Source of the DNA: Ascidiella aspersa | Lineage: Eukaryota | Assembly: GCA_963924565.1 (NCBI GenBank) | Contig: OZ004610.1 | Coordinates: 2,418,001 to 2,482,000 of the forward strand | Length of the DNA stretch: 64,000 bases | Direction: 5' to 3' | In this document: in pieces, positions 1 through 11,403 of the stretch | Layout of the letters: the number at the start of each line of letters is the position of its first letter | How positions within the stretch are numbered: the first letter of the stretch is position 1 | The notes under the pieces: generated by a model | The model's database searches: none | Told to the model about the DNA's origin: nothing | The model's input: the letters and a program-made list of their open reading frames with translations, nothing else | Program-made: the position numbers and the translations under genes

Positions 1-815
1 TATGCCAGGACAGTTTTAAACTAAGATTTGGTCTATTTACGCACAGCGCACAAGTTATAATTACAAATATGTTGGCTTGCTACATGTTTAGACCTGTGCA
101 ACTAGACAAGCCACAAAAAATGATTGTTTAAACGGCTGTTTCTTGATAAGTGATAGGTCCAGACTAGTAAAAACAGTTAAATACTAATAAAAATGTGACC
201 GAATGTTGGCGGTAGTCGGGTCACAGACTCGTTCTGCAGGTATAGCGTTATTTGAGTAACAAAGCCCTTTACTATACATTAGGCTGCCCAAAACGGTAGT
301 AAAGACTAGTAAGCAACCATCTTGTATAGGTTAGATTGCGCCTAACATTTTCAACAATATATTATTGCTGCAATGCAATAACAGGGAAAGCTACTTGTAC
401 AGGCAGTGGCTCTGCAGGCTACATGACACCCTCAGGGCCGAATATAGTACACTTTATCATGACTAAAACATAGCTGACATGTTAACTGATCAGCTAATTA
501 CTTTTTGCCTTTTTTCATAATTTTTAAAATCGTGCTGACAGAAAGACAACTTTTTAAGCTGAATTGAAGTTTTTTAGCTTTCCCGTCGCTACAATGGGGA
601 GTCCCCTTATACGAGAATATAAGTTTTAAAAAAAATATTAAAAATTCTACATTTTCGTATTTCCTAGTTATTCGTAAACTAAATATATTTTTGCTGTTTT
701 TATTCGTTATTACTTAAGTAGTTCATCTTTGCATCATTCTCGGGTGAAATCGTTACCTTTGTGTAATAAAAAAGCAAAATATTGCGTTTCTCGATAGCCG
801 CTTGCCAGTAAATCA

Positions 816-1075
816 CATTCACGAAGATTCGTGAGTGCTATGAACCGAGTGGAATAAGCTGTTGGCATAAAGCAGGCAAGTTTACCCACCAGTGGGTCAG
901 TGGACATCCACGGGACTGCTTTAAGGCCGAAGAAGTGAAATTATAAGACGGCTTGAAGCGACCCAAACGAGTCGGATCGGGTGGAAACCGCGACTGACAA
1001 CTCTGACGCAAAACCACTCGTCCGTGAAGTTACGCTATTAGTGAACGCCGTGGAGCATGACACGATAACAACTAT
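816..1075 (+). ncRNA. Candidate structured non-coding RNA of unassigned family (~260 nt)
   Basis: GC-richer island in AT-rich DNA. Almost all of it folds into helices: 816-824/829-837, 846-852/1014-1020, 868-875/916-923, 924-929/949-954, a 969-1003 hairpin with GGAA tetraloop and 1021-1054. G-U pairs favour the + strand. Oligo-T follows at 1075-1086. No known family recognised. Confidence 0.35.
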
Positions 1076-1221
1076 TTTTCTTTTTTGTTTCTAGTTTTAT
1101 CTCGTAGAATTAGTTATCATATAATGTTTTAAACAAGTAAATATGTTTGATTTTTTCACATATCGGCTACCCCCATAAAACACATTCTGTTATTTCCATG
1201 GAAGGAATCAGTGCTATAACT

Positions 1222-1231
1222 GGGACTTTCC
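1222..1231 (+). promoter_or_regulatory. Perfect NF-kB consensus site GGGACTTTCC upstream of GNB1L
   Basis: Exact canonical kB decamer. A second kB-like palindrome, GGGGAGTCCCC, is at 596-606. Function is not shown. Confidence 0.25.
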
Positions 1232-1747
1232 CAATACACTTATCCAAGTTTTGTTTTTTATTTATAGAACATGCTTAATTTTGACTAATCAACGTAAGTT
1301 TTTTCTTGAATTAGGGGTTAGGTAGATTTATTTTAACTACTGCCATACTTTTCAGATGGGCCCGACAAGTAAATGTGTGTATGAATGCAACAAATATCAG
1401 ATTATTATATGTCTTTCCATCCAATAGGCAATTTTCTGATTTGAATTGAGCAATATATGTTATCAATGTGTATTATTATTTAGTTATTGTGAAACGATCT
1501 GATCTCTTTAAAATTCATTTTTGATTAATCGTGCAAATAAAGAATCATGGACTGAAATGTATAACATATCCTGGATTTTTAAAAATATCATAAATTGATA
1601 TCGCTTACTAACAATATTGGATCAAGATTGTTGCATAATGTGTGTTGCATTTTTTTTAAATTTCATTTTCAATAACAATTTTGTGTAAATACTTACAGCA
1701 AAAATAAGCAGGGTTTTCTTGAGTAAATACATCATGATCTAAACAAA

Positions 1748-2737
1748 ATGAATTCTTTAGTGCCGGAATATATTTTAAGGGGCAAAGGCGAAGCAATCAC
1801 TGACTTGGACTTCTGGCAAAGTTCCGCTCCCTGCCTGTTATCATCATACGCAGGTGGTGCTGGAGTGGATTTGTGGGATTTGAAAACAAGAAGAGTGGTT
1901 TTAAATTTACCGGCCGACAATTCTGAATCTGTCCTTTCAGTTGCAGGCGCAAGCAATGGAAATATTGTCACTTTAAGCAAGGAAGGTCACCTAAAACTGC
2001 AAACAATTACAGATGGTGAATTCAAAATTAAAGCCAATTTGTGTATTTCGAATGTTGGTTTCTGTAAAGCTGCCATATTGAAACAACAACCTTCAGAAAA
2101 CAACCTAATAGTTGGTGTTCCCGGAGATTCAAAATCATCATTTAATATTTGGGATATAAATCAGCAAAAAATCATCTCACGATTGGTGCCAGCAGAAAAG
2201 TGGACTCTTGGAATGCCAATGTGCGCTAAGCTAATTATGAGTGAAAGGTTGTACGCTTCTATTGGATATGAAGATGGCTCCATTCTGATGTGGGATGTGA
2301 ATAATGGAAAAGTTGTTTCCTGTGCTGAACGCTTATTTTCAGAAACTGTTTTGTCGCTTGATTTTTGTGATGACAATATCGGTGTTTGTGGATCACCAAC
2401 AAATCACCTCTACAAACTGCAGCTTTTACCAGATAAAACTGAAGATGATTTTGTTAAGCCAAGTCACTTTAAGCAACTGAAAAAACACACTTTGCCAAGT
2501 AGTGGTTTAAGTGTTACCAAAATCCGTAGCGACCGTAAAATTGTCGCAACTGGGGGTTGGGATTATAAGGTTCGCATTTTTAGTTGGAAAACTTTTAAAC
2601 CGCTTGCTGTTATTGATTACCACAAAGACACAATTCAAGCACTTGCATTCTCAAACGATCTATTAAAGGATCAGTTATTAGCTTGTGGCTCAAATGACAG
2701 CAAGATAAGTTTATGGAAACTTTACAATAATAGCTGA
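1748..2737 (+). CDS. GNB1L: WD40-repeat protein GNB1L (G-protein beta-1-like; Asa1 orthologue), single coding exon, 329 aa
   Basis: Uninterrupted 329-aa ORF with WD/WK-ending blades. The N-terminus PEYILRG...LWDLKTRR, the internal GYEDGSILMWD and the C-terminus IRSDRKIVATGGWDYKVRIFSWKTFKPLAVIDYH...LLACGSNDSKISLWKLY match the GNB1L/Asa1 signature. A splice acceptor (ttacag) ends at 1698 just upstream. Confidence 0.92.
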   Translation: MNSLVPEYILRGKGEAITDLDFWQSSAPCLLSSYAGGAGVDLWDLKTRRVVLNLPADNSESVLSVAGASNGNIVTLSKEGHLKLQTITDGEFKIKANLCISNVGFCKAAILKQQPSENNLIVGVPGDSKSSFNIWDINQQKIISRLVPAEKWTLGMPMCAKLIMSERLYASIGYEDGSILMWDVNNGKVVSCAERLFSETVLSLDFCDDNIGVCGSPTNHLYKLQLLPDKTEDDFVKPSHFKQLKKHTLPSSGLSVTKIRSDRKIVATGGWDYKVRIFSWKTFKPLAVIDYHKDTIQALAFSNDLLKDQLLACGSNDSKISLWKLYNNS

Positions 2738-3324
2738 TTTTACCAATGTTGTTGCCAGAAGTTTTTTATGTTTGTGTTTTCACAACTTTAGTTTAATATT
2801 TCCTTTATATTTACATTTTCTGATAAATTTTTCAATAAGTAAACATACTTCACTTCAAAAGTGGTTATATTTTAAAAGTATTCCTCAAATTACGATATTT
2901 AAAAATGACACTACAATGAAAAATTAAAATAAGTTTTAATTTTGTAATCCCCTCTGTTATTAGGTCGTTCCTGAAGCAGATACCAGTCGACCTCTTCAGA
3001 ATACAAAATAGAATGAATCTTTTTTAGGTTTATAAAATAAAAAGGAAAACAAAGCAGATGGCATTTAAAGGAGAGAGATATTTATAACAATAAACAAACA
3101 GAAAATCAGTTCTAACACTGCACCTACAAAATATATATTTAATTATATCGACTACAAAATGAACAGAATGACGACTGATCTTTTTAAACTTATTTGCCAA
3201 GCTTAATAGCATGTATGGCGGATGGCGGTAATTCATAATTTCGTAGTAAGGTAAAACACCAAACAATAAATTTTTAGACCCGGACAACTGACAAACGCAG
3301 CGGAAATTAAATGGTAGATTAGAC

Positions 3325-3638
3325 CAGCGCTTCCCCGTGGTGGGTCGCGAAACTATTTGTAAATCTTATAGCTTTCTTAGATCGAGAAAATTATTGCATT
3401 ATCCGTACGTAACATTTATACAACAATACAACAAATACGTAGCAATTATATTTCTGCACGTACGTCGTACACTAGTAGAAAATATGCAGGTTTTATGTAA
3501 CTGTTAATCTAATTTCCAATAAGTTGCATTTTAAATAATTCCTAAACAATTTGGTCACATGTCCTTGTGAGACGAAGGTCGTACAATAAAACCTCCATTA
3601 AAAGTGGTTCGCGAACTGAAAAAGGTTAGGAAACACTG
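3325..3638. mobile_element. hAT-type MITE
   Basis: Ends CAGCGCTTCC...GGAAACACTG with subterminal GGGTCGCGA/GTTCGCGA. 8-bp TSD gattagac/gcttagac (7/8). Confidence 0.7.
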
Positions 3639-4668
3639 GCTTAGACGGTTAGGTATGACCGGAGGTTGGTTTAAACAAAGTGTCCCGTAACTGTTCCAGT
3701 GGGAGTCTAGTTGGTTGACAGTTGGTTTAAGAAATTTTTGTTTAAGTTTGCCTTAAAAAGTGTCAAAAATACGAAAACAGCATTAGGCTACACTTTCGTT
3801 GATGTGTAGGTAGGCTATAACAAAATTGTGGTACTTCTCGTGTTTGGCTATCATTTTAAAACTACACCGATTGCTGCAACTCTTACATGTATTTAAGCTC
3901 CTTTAGGCTGCTCACACGTCAATAAAAAGTTAATTTCTGCCGGTAACGTCGTTATAAAGTACTTAAGGACTTATTTATCCGGCGCCGCAGGCCAAAAAAA
4001 AAATATAAAATATACATTTTTTTAATTTCTTTTTCGACTCAGCTCATTGAGCATACACTCCAAGACCATGCAACTATAAGGCATATTTAATTCGGAGAAA
4101 TACGTGCATACCGGAAAAAACGCTTGATGCGCCACTGACGTAAAAAATAAGTAAATTCATAATACCATATTACCAATATAGAATCATTAATTTAATGACC
4201 TAATAAAACACAAGCTGTAAAAAAAATATAAAAGCAGCTTTGTAGTGTATGACGCATACAAAATATGAATTTCGATGCTATTACTAAAATAAACATATTT
4301 ACCAAGCAGGAACTATTTAACGGTTTGCTTTGATAATGTAAATTTGGGCGTTACTTCGTATTTGGTTTACCAAAAAAAAAAAACAACGAACTGTAAGTTT
4401 TATAGGCACAGCAACGAACTTGTCGGTATTGGTTTAACAAAACATCCGCAAGATGTCAATCAAGATTCATTGTGTGTTATTTGACGTAAATTGCAAATAT
4501 ACAGAATCTGAGGGAACATAATATACTCCAGTTAAATGTCGCAAAAAAGTTAAATGAATTCTGAAATTTTAACGCCTAAATGTAGTTATTAAGTGTCCAT
4601 AAAAGTCAATAAAAATCCAGCGGCAAAGTACCATTTTCCAGTGTTACAAGAAAGAGTATAGGTCTACG

Positions 4669-5073
4669 CATAGGCGTAGCCAGGGGGGGACCTGAGGGGC
4701 CATGGCCCCCCCAAAAATTGATAAAACATTATTCTGAATAATTTGTTTTTTTTAGCATTTATGAGCAGTACCGTAACATTCGATCACAGACATACAACAT
4801 CTTTAATTGTCATGCATTGTTATGTCACAAACGATATAGTTAATATTACGTTTGCTATACATTAATGTAGTTTTATTATTTTTAGACAGTTTTTGCTCTT
4901 TTAATGGTTTTGGGCATTGCGTTTAACACTCATTCAGTTGCTGCTCGAAAAGGTTTGCTGGCATTGTTTTTGTGTTCGTTACAGGAGTTAATTCAATGAC
5001 AAAAGCTAAACAAAAAAGTCCAAACTTTTTGGCCCCCCCCCCAAAAAAAAATTTTCGGCTGGCTACGCCACTG
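4669..5073. mobile_element. hAT-type MITE with CA(T/G)(A/T)GGCGTAGCCAG termini
   Basis: TIRs CATAGGCGTAGCCAG / CTGGCTACGCCACTG with subterminal G/C runs. 8-bp TSD ggtctacg/ggcctacg (7/8). Confidence 0.75.
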
Positions 5074-6883
5074 GGCCTACGTCAAATTACACAACTGGGT
5101 TAGCTATATGATTTACTTTTAGCTACATGATTTGCGGTAATTTTAAATGATTTAGATGTATTGAAGTCTATTTTCAATTAATAGCAAGTAAAGTCCAAGA
5201 TCCAGACATATGTTACATAAATTAAGTGCCCTAGCAAAATAAAAAAAAAATCTAAATCATGTCATTGGCAATAAAAATAAAAACTATAAAAATTGGAAAG
5301 TTCATTCGATTACAAGCAATTTTTTTTTACCGAGAACACATAACATTAATCTAAGTCGTTGTTTGTCAACCTTCATTCATGGCGAACAAAATAATAAGGT
5401 TTAAAAGTGGGATACATCTCTTTTTAAGTCTTAAACGTAACCAGCTGTATGTGAAATTTTTTAATAGAGCCACGTATAACACGCATGATATCAAAAAGAC
5501 AGCAGCAAATTGGTCATTAAATTTGAGTTTCCATTCTTGCTTTCAAGTTCCATACTTTTGTTGTACTTACATTTTGGGTTGTTTTGATTTTTGAAGGTCT
5601 ACCGGTCCGCAAAGATTGTTTTAAAATTTACCGGTCTGTAAGCTAAAAAGGTTGAACACCACTGCCATAGAGCACCAATATTAAGTGCTCTATGGTTTGG
5701 CAACCTTATTATCTTTAGCAGATGTTTGGTAATGTAAAATGTTGTCCGATGCAATTTCTCAACTAAATTTTGATGAAACTAATCGACAATATATTGATCA
5801 CTACAGTTTTGATACGGAATTATTTATATTTCTGTTGTCTAACGAAATCAAGTTAATAAAATTCAACACAAAATTTTCTATGCGGTCCGCGGCTTATTTC
5901 CTTAATGAAGATAAATGTCAGTTAAAATGTTGTCGGGTGCAATTTCAAACTAAATTTTGATGAAACTAAAAATAAATCTAACCACGTAAACTACTAAATA
6001 CGGCGGTCCAACAAATCAAACGTCGACCCAATTTTGGGTGGCGACTCATGTTTTTAAAGCCCTGATCCAAATAATTTACATAACTTACTGAAGTAGCCTA
6101 CAAATAAAGTTATTTGCCTAAATGACCTAAGTACAAGATAAGTGATTTAAAAATAGTTACTTAAGTGTACTTAGCTCAAGTCATTTACTTGATTCATTAT
6201 ACCACTGCTAAATATAGATATTTTTCCGTGAAAATGTTACCCGGCAAAGCATTAATTAAAACTTAGGATCGTTTTAAATTAATCGAGCTACATTTTAATT
6301 TTATTGAAACCACAAAATGTTTAACGTGTTTATAAAATTCGCGCGTATTTAAGTGCGGCACGTTTGTTTCGTCACAGAGCAGCCAATCAGTCGCGGAAGG
6401 CTAAGAACTGTAAAATTAAAGTTTGTAAGTTTTGTTAATCGGCATAATAATTGAAAACCACGCCGCATTTGGCTGATGTATATAATACAAGAAGTCGAAC
6501 TATACAATAATTAAGTAAAAAAATAATATTGTAGGTCGGTTATCGTTTTACTGTGAATTTTGGTAACTGATACCCAAAATGGATTAAGCTGATTGAAATG
6601 TTCTGCGGTTAAAGGTAAGATAGCAACATTCTTTTTGAATCAATTTGGTAACATTTGGGTTCCAAGGGTAAAACAAAAGCTGTTAGGAACTTATTTACGC
6701 TTAAAAACTTTCACGTAAACATGTAGCCGAATTTTTGTTTTTTATCATAGATGTTCAAAAATATCACCGCTTTCCAAACAAAATCTTGTTTAAAAGAGTT
6801 AGTCGCTTTGTGTTATTTTGTACGAACTAAAGAGCATTTTTTTAAAAGAATTGTTTGGGCAACGAATTCTACTTATATCAAAT

Positions 6884-7150
6884 TAGGGCTTTCCAAACTT
6901 TTGAGATTAATAGTGAATAACAAGGTAGACCCATTTCTCCTTTATTGTTATTCAAACTATACATGCTTGCATAAAGCAAAGTACAGTTCAATTCGGGAAT
7001 TTCTTTTTTTTAAGAATTTTACAATTTATTTTGAAGGTCAGAAGAAGACCTTACTATATTGCAAGATGCAAAAAAATTGTGAAAATTAATGAAGTCCAAT
7101 AGTAGATAGCCCTAAAGCCCTTTGCGCTACCGCCAGTTTGAAAAACCCTG
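6884..7150. mobile_element. Degenerate hAT-type MITE
   Basis: TAGGGCTTTCCAAACT ... AGTTTGAAAAACCCTG inverted ends. TSD not clear. Confidence 0.45.
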
Positions 7151-7722
7151 AACTAAATCACGAAAACGAAAATATATTTGTGGCGTGTGTTCAATTCGTA
7201 CTCTGCCAGGTTATTAATGGGCTATATTTAACCAACTGTGACTTCACAATACCTTATATGCCGGTGCGAAAAACCGTCGGGTCGCTTGCGAGACAAGACA
7301 GGAAATTGTAATGTTGACTCACATTTTTCTGCGCCCAAGTTGTTTTATCGATTCGCGCTCTTTTGAAGTAACCCGGTGTTGACTAGGCAAATTGTCCAAC
7401 AGCTATTCAGCTTGTCACTAGCTTTGAACTTTATATAAAAAGAAACGTTTGCCTACCCGCGAAAACAACAAACGCTCTGTTTTGTCTTTCGCCAGTCGAA
7501 ATGTTAGTTTTCTTAGCGGTTGCGCCTTTTTGTAGTTTTGTAAACGTCGTATAAAGCGTCGAAAAGTAAACGAAACAATATGACCAAGTTTAATAAAAAC
7601 ATTACGTCACGAAATCTTAGCAGCGCTATATTTCATACAATGGCATTGAAAGAGACCTAAAGCGTTTTCAGACCTAGAGACAAACATTACATTAAGTCAC
7701 GTTTTAAGATTTTAAAAGGGAT

Positions 7723-8034
7723 AGGATGTTCTCAAACTGGGTTCCGTGAACCAGTTTTAAGTAGTCCATGAAGGCCTAGTTAAAATCTTGTAGTAATATT
7801 TAAAACTGGAATTTTGGGGTTAATTAGAACAACGTTTTTGTCGCCTTTTATAAAGTATTTGGGCTTTATTTCAGGTACCTATTTATTTGACCAAAAACAG
7901 CAGGTTTAATACATCTAATTGTTTTATGACGTCACTTTATGACGTCGTCTCTGAACAATTTTATACCAACCCTGGTTATCGATAGCCAAATAATTTTTTT
8001 AGAGTTTCGCGTTAAAAAAATGTAAGCACCCCTG
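7723..8034. mobile_element. Diverged copy of the 9470-9785 hAT MITE
   Basis: Shares gttctcaaactggg, gtccatgaaggcctagttaaaatcttg, the doubled tgacgtca block and a ...cacccctg end with 9470-9785. Confidence 0.6.
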
Positions 8035-8228
8035 GTATAATGCCAAGCATATTTTAAAACAAAATAAATGAAATATTTTTATCAGAACCCCTGACCACTG
8101 GTGGTCAAACTGCGGCTCTTAAACCAGTTGATGCGGCTCTTACGTTCAGGTTGCATTTGAGTTTTTACGATGCCCAGCTCCTCAATTCTAGAGTGAAGTT
8201 GTTTTGCCTATTTGAACTACATTGAACG

Positions 8229-8607
8229 TAGAGATCGACCGATATATTTCGAATCGATAACGATACACGATTGATTTTTACGTTCTTGCCAACCGATACC
8301 AGATACCGAATTTTTATATAAATGGGATAATATAATAGTTTAAATTAATTGAAAATAAAACTAAAGAACAAATCAGTTTATCTAGCCTATAACTATATTT
8401 ATGCCACTCCTATTTTGCATATTGACTTTCCATGATGCTGAACGCAAATTTTTTTGCAAATAAATAAGAAATTTGTTTAGTAGTTAGGAAAAGCTATATC
8501 ATATTTTTATTATAAAATATTGGCCAAATTTATTATAAAATATTGGCCAAATTTCCGATACCAATATGTAGTAGCAGAATTGTGGGCGATATTATCGGTC
8601 TGTCTTA
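8229..8607. mobile_element. MITE with TAGAGATCGACCGATA termini, apparently nested in an older hAT-like element (~8096-9079)
   Basis: TAGAGATCGACCGATA ... TATCGGTCTGTCTTA inverted ends with internal ccgata/accga repeats. Flanks carry tgcggctctt subterminal motifs at 8110-8140 and ~9017. Confidence 0.55.
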
Positions 8608-8785
8608 TCTTAAACGCAAAAAATTGCTTAGGGCTAAACTCGTTAACTTTCCAATGTGGCTTATAGCTGTGTTGCAAAATCTTGTCAGCATAAACAAGCC
8701 CTGCGTCTCAAGGCAGTTTGCTAACATCTAAGGGAAGAAAGCCTTAGTTACCTTACCCTTGAAGTAATGATGTTTGATTTTTTGT

Positions 8786-8816
<31 letters not shown>

Positions 8817-9469
8817 TGGCGTTATGTTTGTTTATGTGTTTTTTCTTAAACAAAATTGCGAATCCTCAGATCCAATTCTAATTGAATAAAAAATCGCCTA
8901 AATGTAGCTTTGAAATATAGTGTGCAACCTCTATAATTTAAATCCAGCTGAGCAAAGGCATGTATGTACGTGAGGAATTAACAGGGTGGTATTGATTTCT
9001 AACCCATATGTGAGGTGTGGCTCTTTGTGGTTAATCAATTGAGTAAAACTTTTGGTCTCTGACTGGTTGGCAACCCCTAGACTAATCACTGACTTGCCTG
9101 ACTTGGCCTTGAGTCATTTCCCAATGACCTGTTTACAACACTGAATGTGACCTAATGTTATGTATCGCAACACAGTTATGTATAACATAGCTACAACTCG
9201 AAATATACAATGAATGGCTTCTGGCAACACTAAAATTAATAGAACACTAGTGATTCGCAAAAAAAAAACGATAACTGAGCTTTTTATAAAAAAAATACCT
9301 TTGTACGTCCTATAGAAGTAGCTTTCCGAGATTAATTTGAAATACTTTTGCTTTTCAACCTTGAATGATGTCATTTAGAATGAGTTTTTGAACGGCTTTG
9401 CCTGAAATATCGGGCATCGGAAACGCAATAAAATACAACTTATAACGCTAAGTTAAGAATGCTATATAG

Positions 9470-9785
9470 CAGGGGTTCTTAAACTGGGGTCCATGGACCC
9501 CTTAGGGGTCCGTCACCTAGCTTTAGGGGTCCATGAAAGCCTAATTGAAATATTAGTGTATATTTAAGAAGTAATCAATTTATCAAACACAACAGTTTAA
9601 TTAAAAACAAAACGGGTTTGCACTGAATGCATTAAACTCCGTTACACATCAGCAGACTTATTAAGTCTATTTGTATTGTGACGTAAATTCATGACGTCAT
9701 TTTAAATTTTTTTACCTATTGTGGTCCATGCGAGGCCCAAAAAAAGTTTTAGGGGTCCGCGGTAAAAAAAGTTTAAGAGCCCCTG
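9470..9785. mobile_element. Young hAT-type MITE
   Basis: TIRs CAGGGGTTCTTAAACT / AGTTTAAGAGCCCCTG. Perfect 8-bp TSD ctatatag (9462-9469, 9786-9793). Related copies at ~7723, ~20689 and ~33291. Confidence 0.88.
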
Positions 9786-9790
9786 CTATA

Positions 9791-10344
9791 TAGGGGTGTC
9801 CAATACTTGTCATTTTATTCCGATACCCGATAATTTTGCCTAAAAATATCGCAATCCGATACCAAGTGACGTCATAACTAAGCTTAACAAAATTAATAAA
9901 ATTGGAAAGTGCAATGGTGGTGATTTTTACTTCTTTTTAGGGCAAAATTTCATTTTACCTCAAAGTAGAAAACTCAAGGTTATGTCACAAATAAAAACCG
10001 ACGTTCCTATATTAATTTAGTATCGGATCGGCACCGATACCACCCAAGTATCGGACGAGTACCGATACCACCCAAGTATCGGACGAGTACCGATACCACC
10101 CAAGTATCGGACGAGTACCGATACCACCCAAGTATCGGACGAGTACCGATACCACCCTAGTATCGGACGAGTACCGATACCACCCAAGTATCGGACGAGT
10201 ACCGATACCACCCAAGTATCGGACGAGTACCGATACCACCCAAGTATCGGACGAGTACCGATACCACCCTAGTATCGGACCAGGACCGATACTCCAACTT
10301 GGCATCGGGTATCGGCTCCGATCCGATATTATCGGACATCTCTA
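9791..10344. mobile_element. TA-bounded MITE (TAGGG/AGA-TGTCCGATA family) carrying an internal minisatellite
   Basis: TAGGGGTGTCCAATA ... TATCGGACATCTCTA inverted ends. The same subterminal block (gtatcggctccgatccgatattatcggac) recurs at ~18420-18570, ~18890-19040, 30418-30520 and ~33770-33843, with related segments at ~31670-31857. Confidence 0.8.
10020..10299. repeat. 28-bp minisatellite, 10 units, each with a 7-bp inverted repeat
   Basis: Unit GTATCGG-ACGAGTA-CCGATAC-CACCCAA starts at 10020, 10048 ... 10272. The first and last units are diverged. Confidence 0.97.
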
Positions 10345-10821
10345 AATGCTAGTATGAAAAAGCTGCGTTTTTAACAACTCTACATGTCAAAGAATGAATT
10401 ACGATTTAGGAACACTAAACACAGATCTGTTCATAATCCACAGTAGAAAAAGAGTGGCCCAAATAAATGATAAAAGATTCAATTTTTTTTTCCATACGTT
10501 TCTTAGTGCAAGTGCACTTGCCGAAGCGCATCCAAATAAAATAATGAATCTTTTATCATTTATTTGGGCCACTCTTTTTCCACTGAAGAAGTTCGATTTT
10601 TTTAACTTAAAGCGTTTTTGCGGCCCAACCCATTCAAAATAATGATTTCACATTCGGCGTATGATTTGCCGTCTTACGCCTGGGGTGCCTGACGTTCAAC
10701 GGCCTGTACTTCGCGCCTACCATTACGTCACGATTGCGGTGCGGTTTGCGGCAAAATCTTCAAAGCGGGTTTCTTTCCTCGCCCGAAAAATCACGTTCGC
10801 CACTTCTGCACGTTTGCCGCC

Positions 10822-10913
10822 TATAAAAAGCCGTGTCCCGCTGTTAAAAGTAACGTTTTCGGCAGATTTTGAACGTGAAGAACATGTTGAGATTCGGGAT
10901 AAATCCGGTGAGT
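10822..10913 (+). promoter_or_regulatory. TATA box followed by a short candidate first exon with a consensus splice donor
   Basis: CpG-rich 10.65-11.0 kb. TATAAAA at 10822-10828, ATG at 10884, CCG|GTGAGT donor after 10907. No downstream coding exon identified. Confidence 0.3.
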
Positions 10914-11403
10914 TAAAAGTAACGTTTTCGATTTTAGGCTTTCTCGGCAGTTTTGAACGTGAAGAACATGTAGTTGAGTTTCGTGTGAGACCAGAATATC
11001 TGTTATCGCTTATTCTGCGGTCTGTAGAACTAAGAAACTGTTTAAAAACCTAGTTGGGAAATGGCTAAGCAAAAACGGTCGACCTAATTGTTTTCAATCT
11101 TATAACGCAAAAGTGGATGATAAATACCGTTTTTGGCGTAACTGCGGCAATCTGTATTTTTATAAAGTTGTTTTTAGATCTTTTTCAACCTTTGTGGTTC
11201 TTTTTGATTTAATTTGAATAATATTACACTTTGTTTGAGGCAATAACAATATTTTATTTGAGATTTTTAAAATCGATATTTTTTTAAAACGGAACAAAAT
11301 GTGTCTTTTTAAACCTGTTAGAGTTTTAGCGGTTTGACTAGGGCGAAAGATGTTATTTGTAAAACTATTGCCAGTTTAAATGTTAAAGTTTGAGCGTGTA
11401 TAT

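Noticed and set aside
70-350. H/ACA snoRNA-like hairpin pairs (70-180, 268-350)
   Set aside because: Hairpins are short or weak, ANANNA and ACA occur by chance in AT-rich DNA, and no target could be assigned.
1308-1325. Telomerase RNA template (minus strand ctaacccctaa) linked to the structured region
   Set aside because: It has four Cs rather than three, lies on the strand opposite to that favoured by G-U pairs, and has no convincing pseudoknot or P6.1.
10020-10299. CRISPR-like array of 28-bp palindromic repeats
   Set aside because: Units are contiguous with no unique spacers, there are no cas genes, the context is eukaryotic and the array lies inside a MITE. The overlapping ORFs (10012-10339) are repeat translations.
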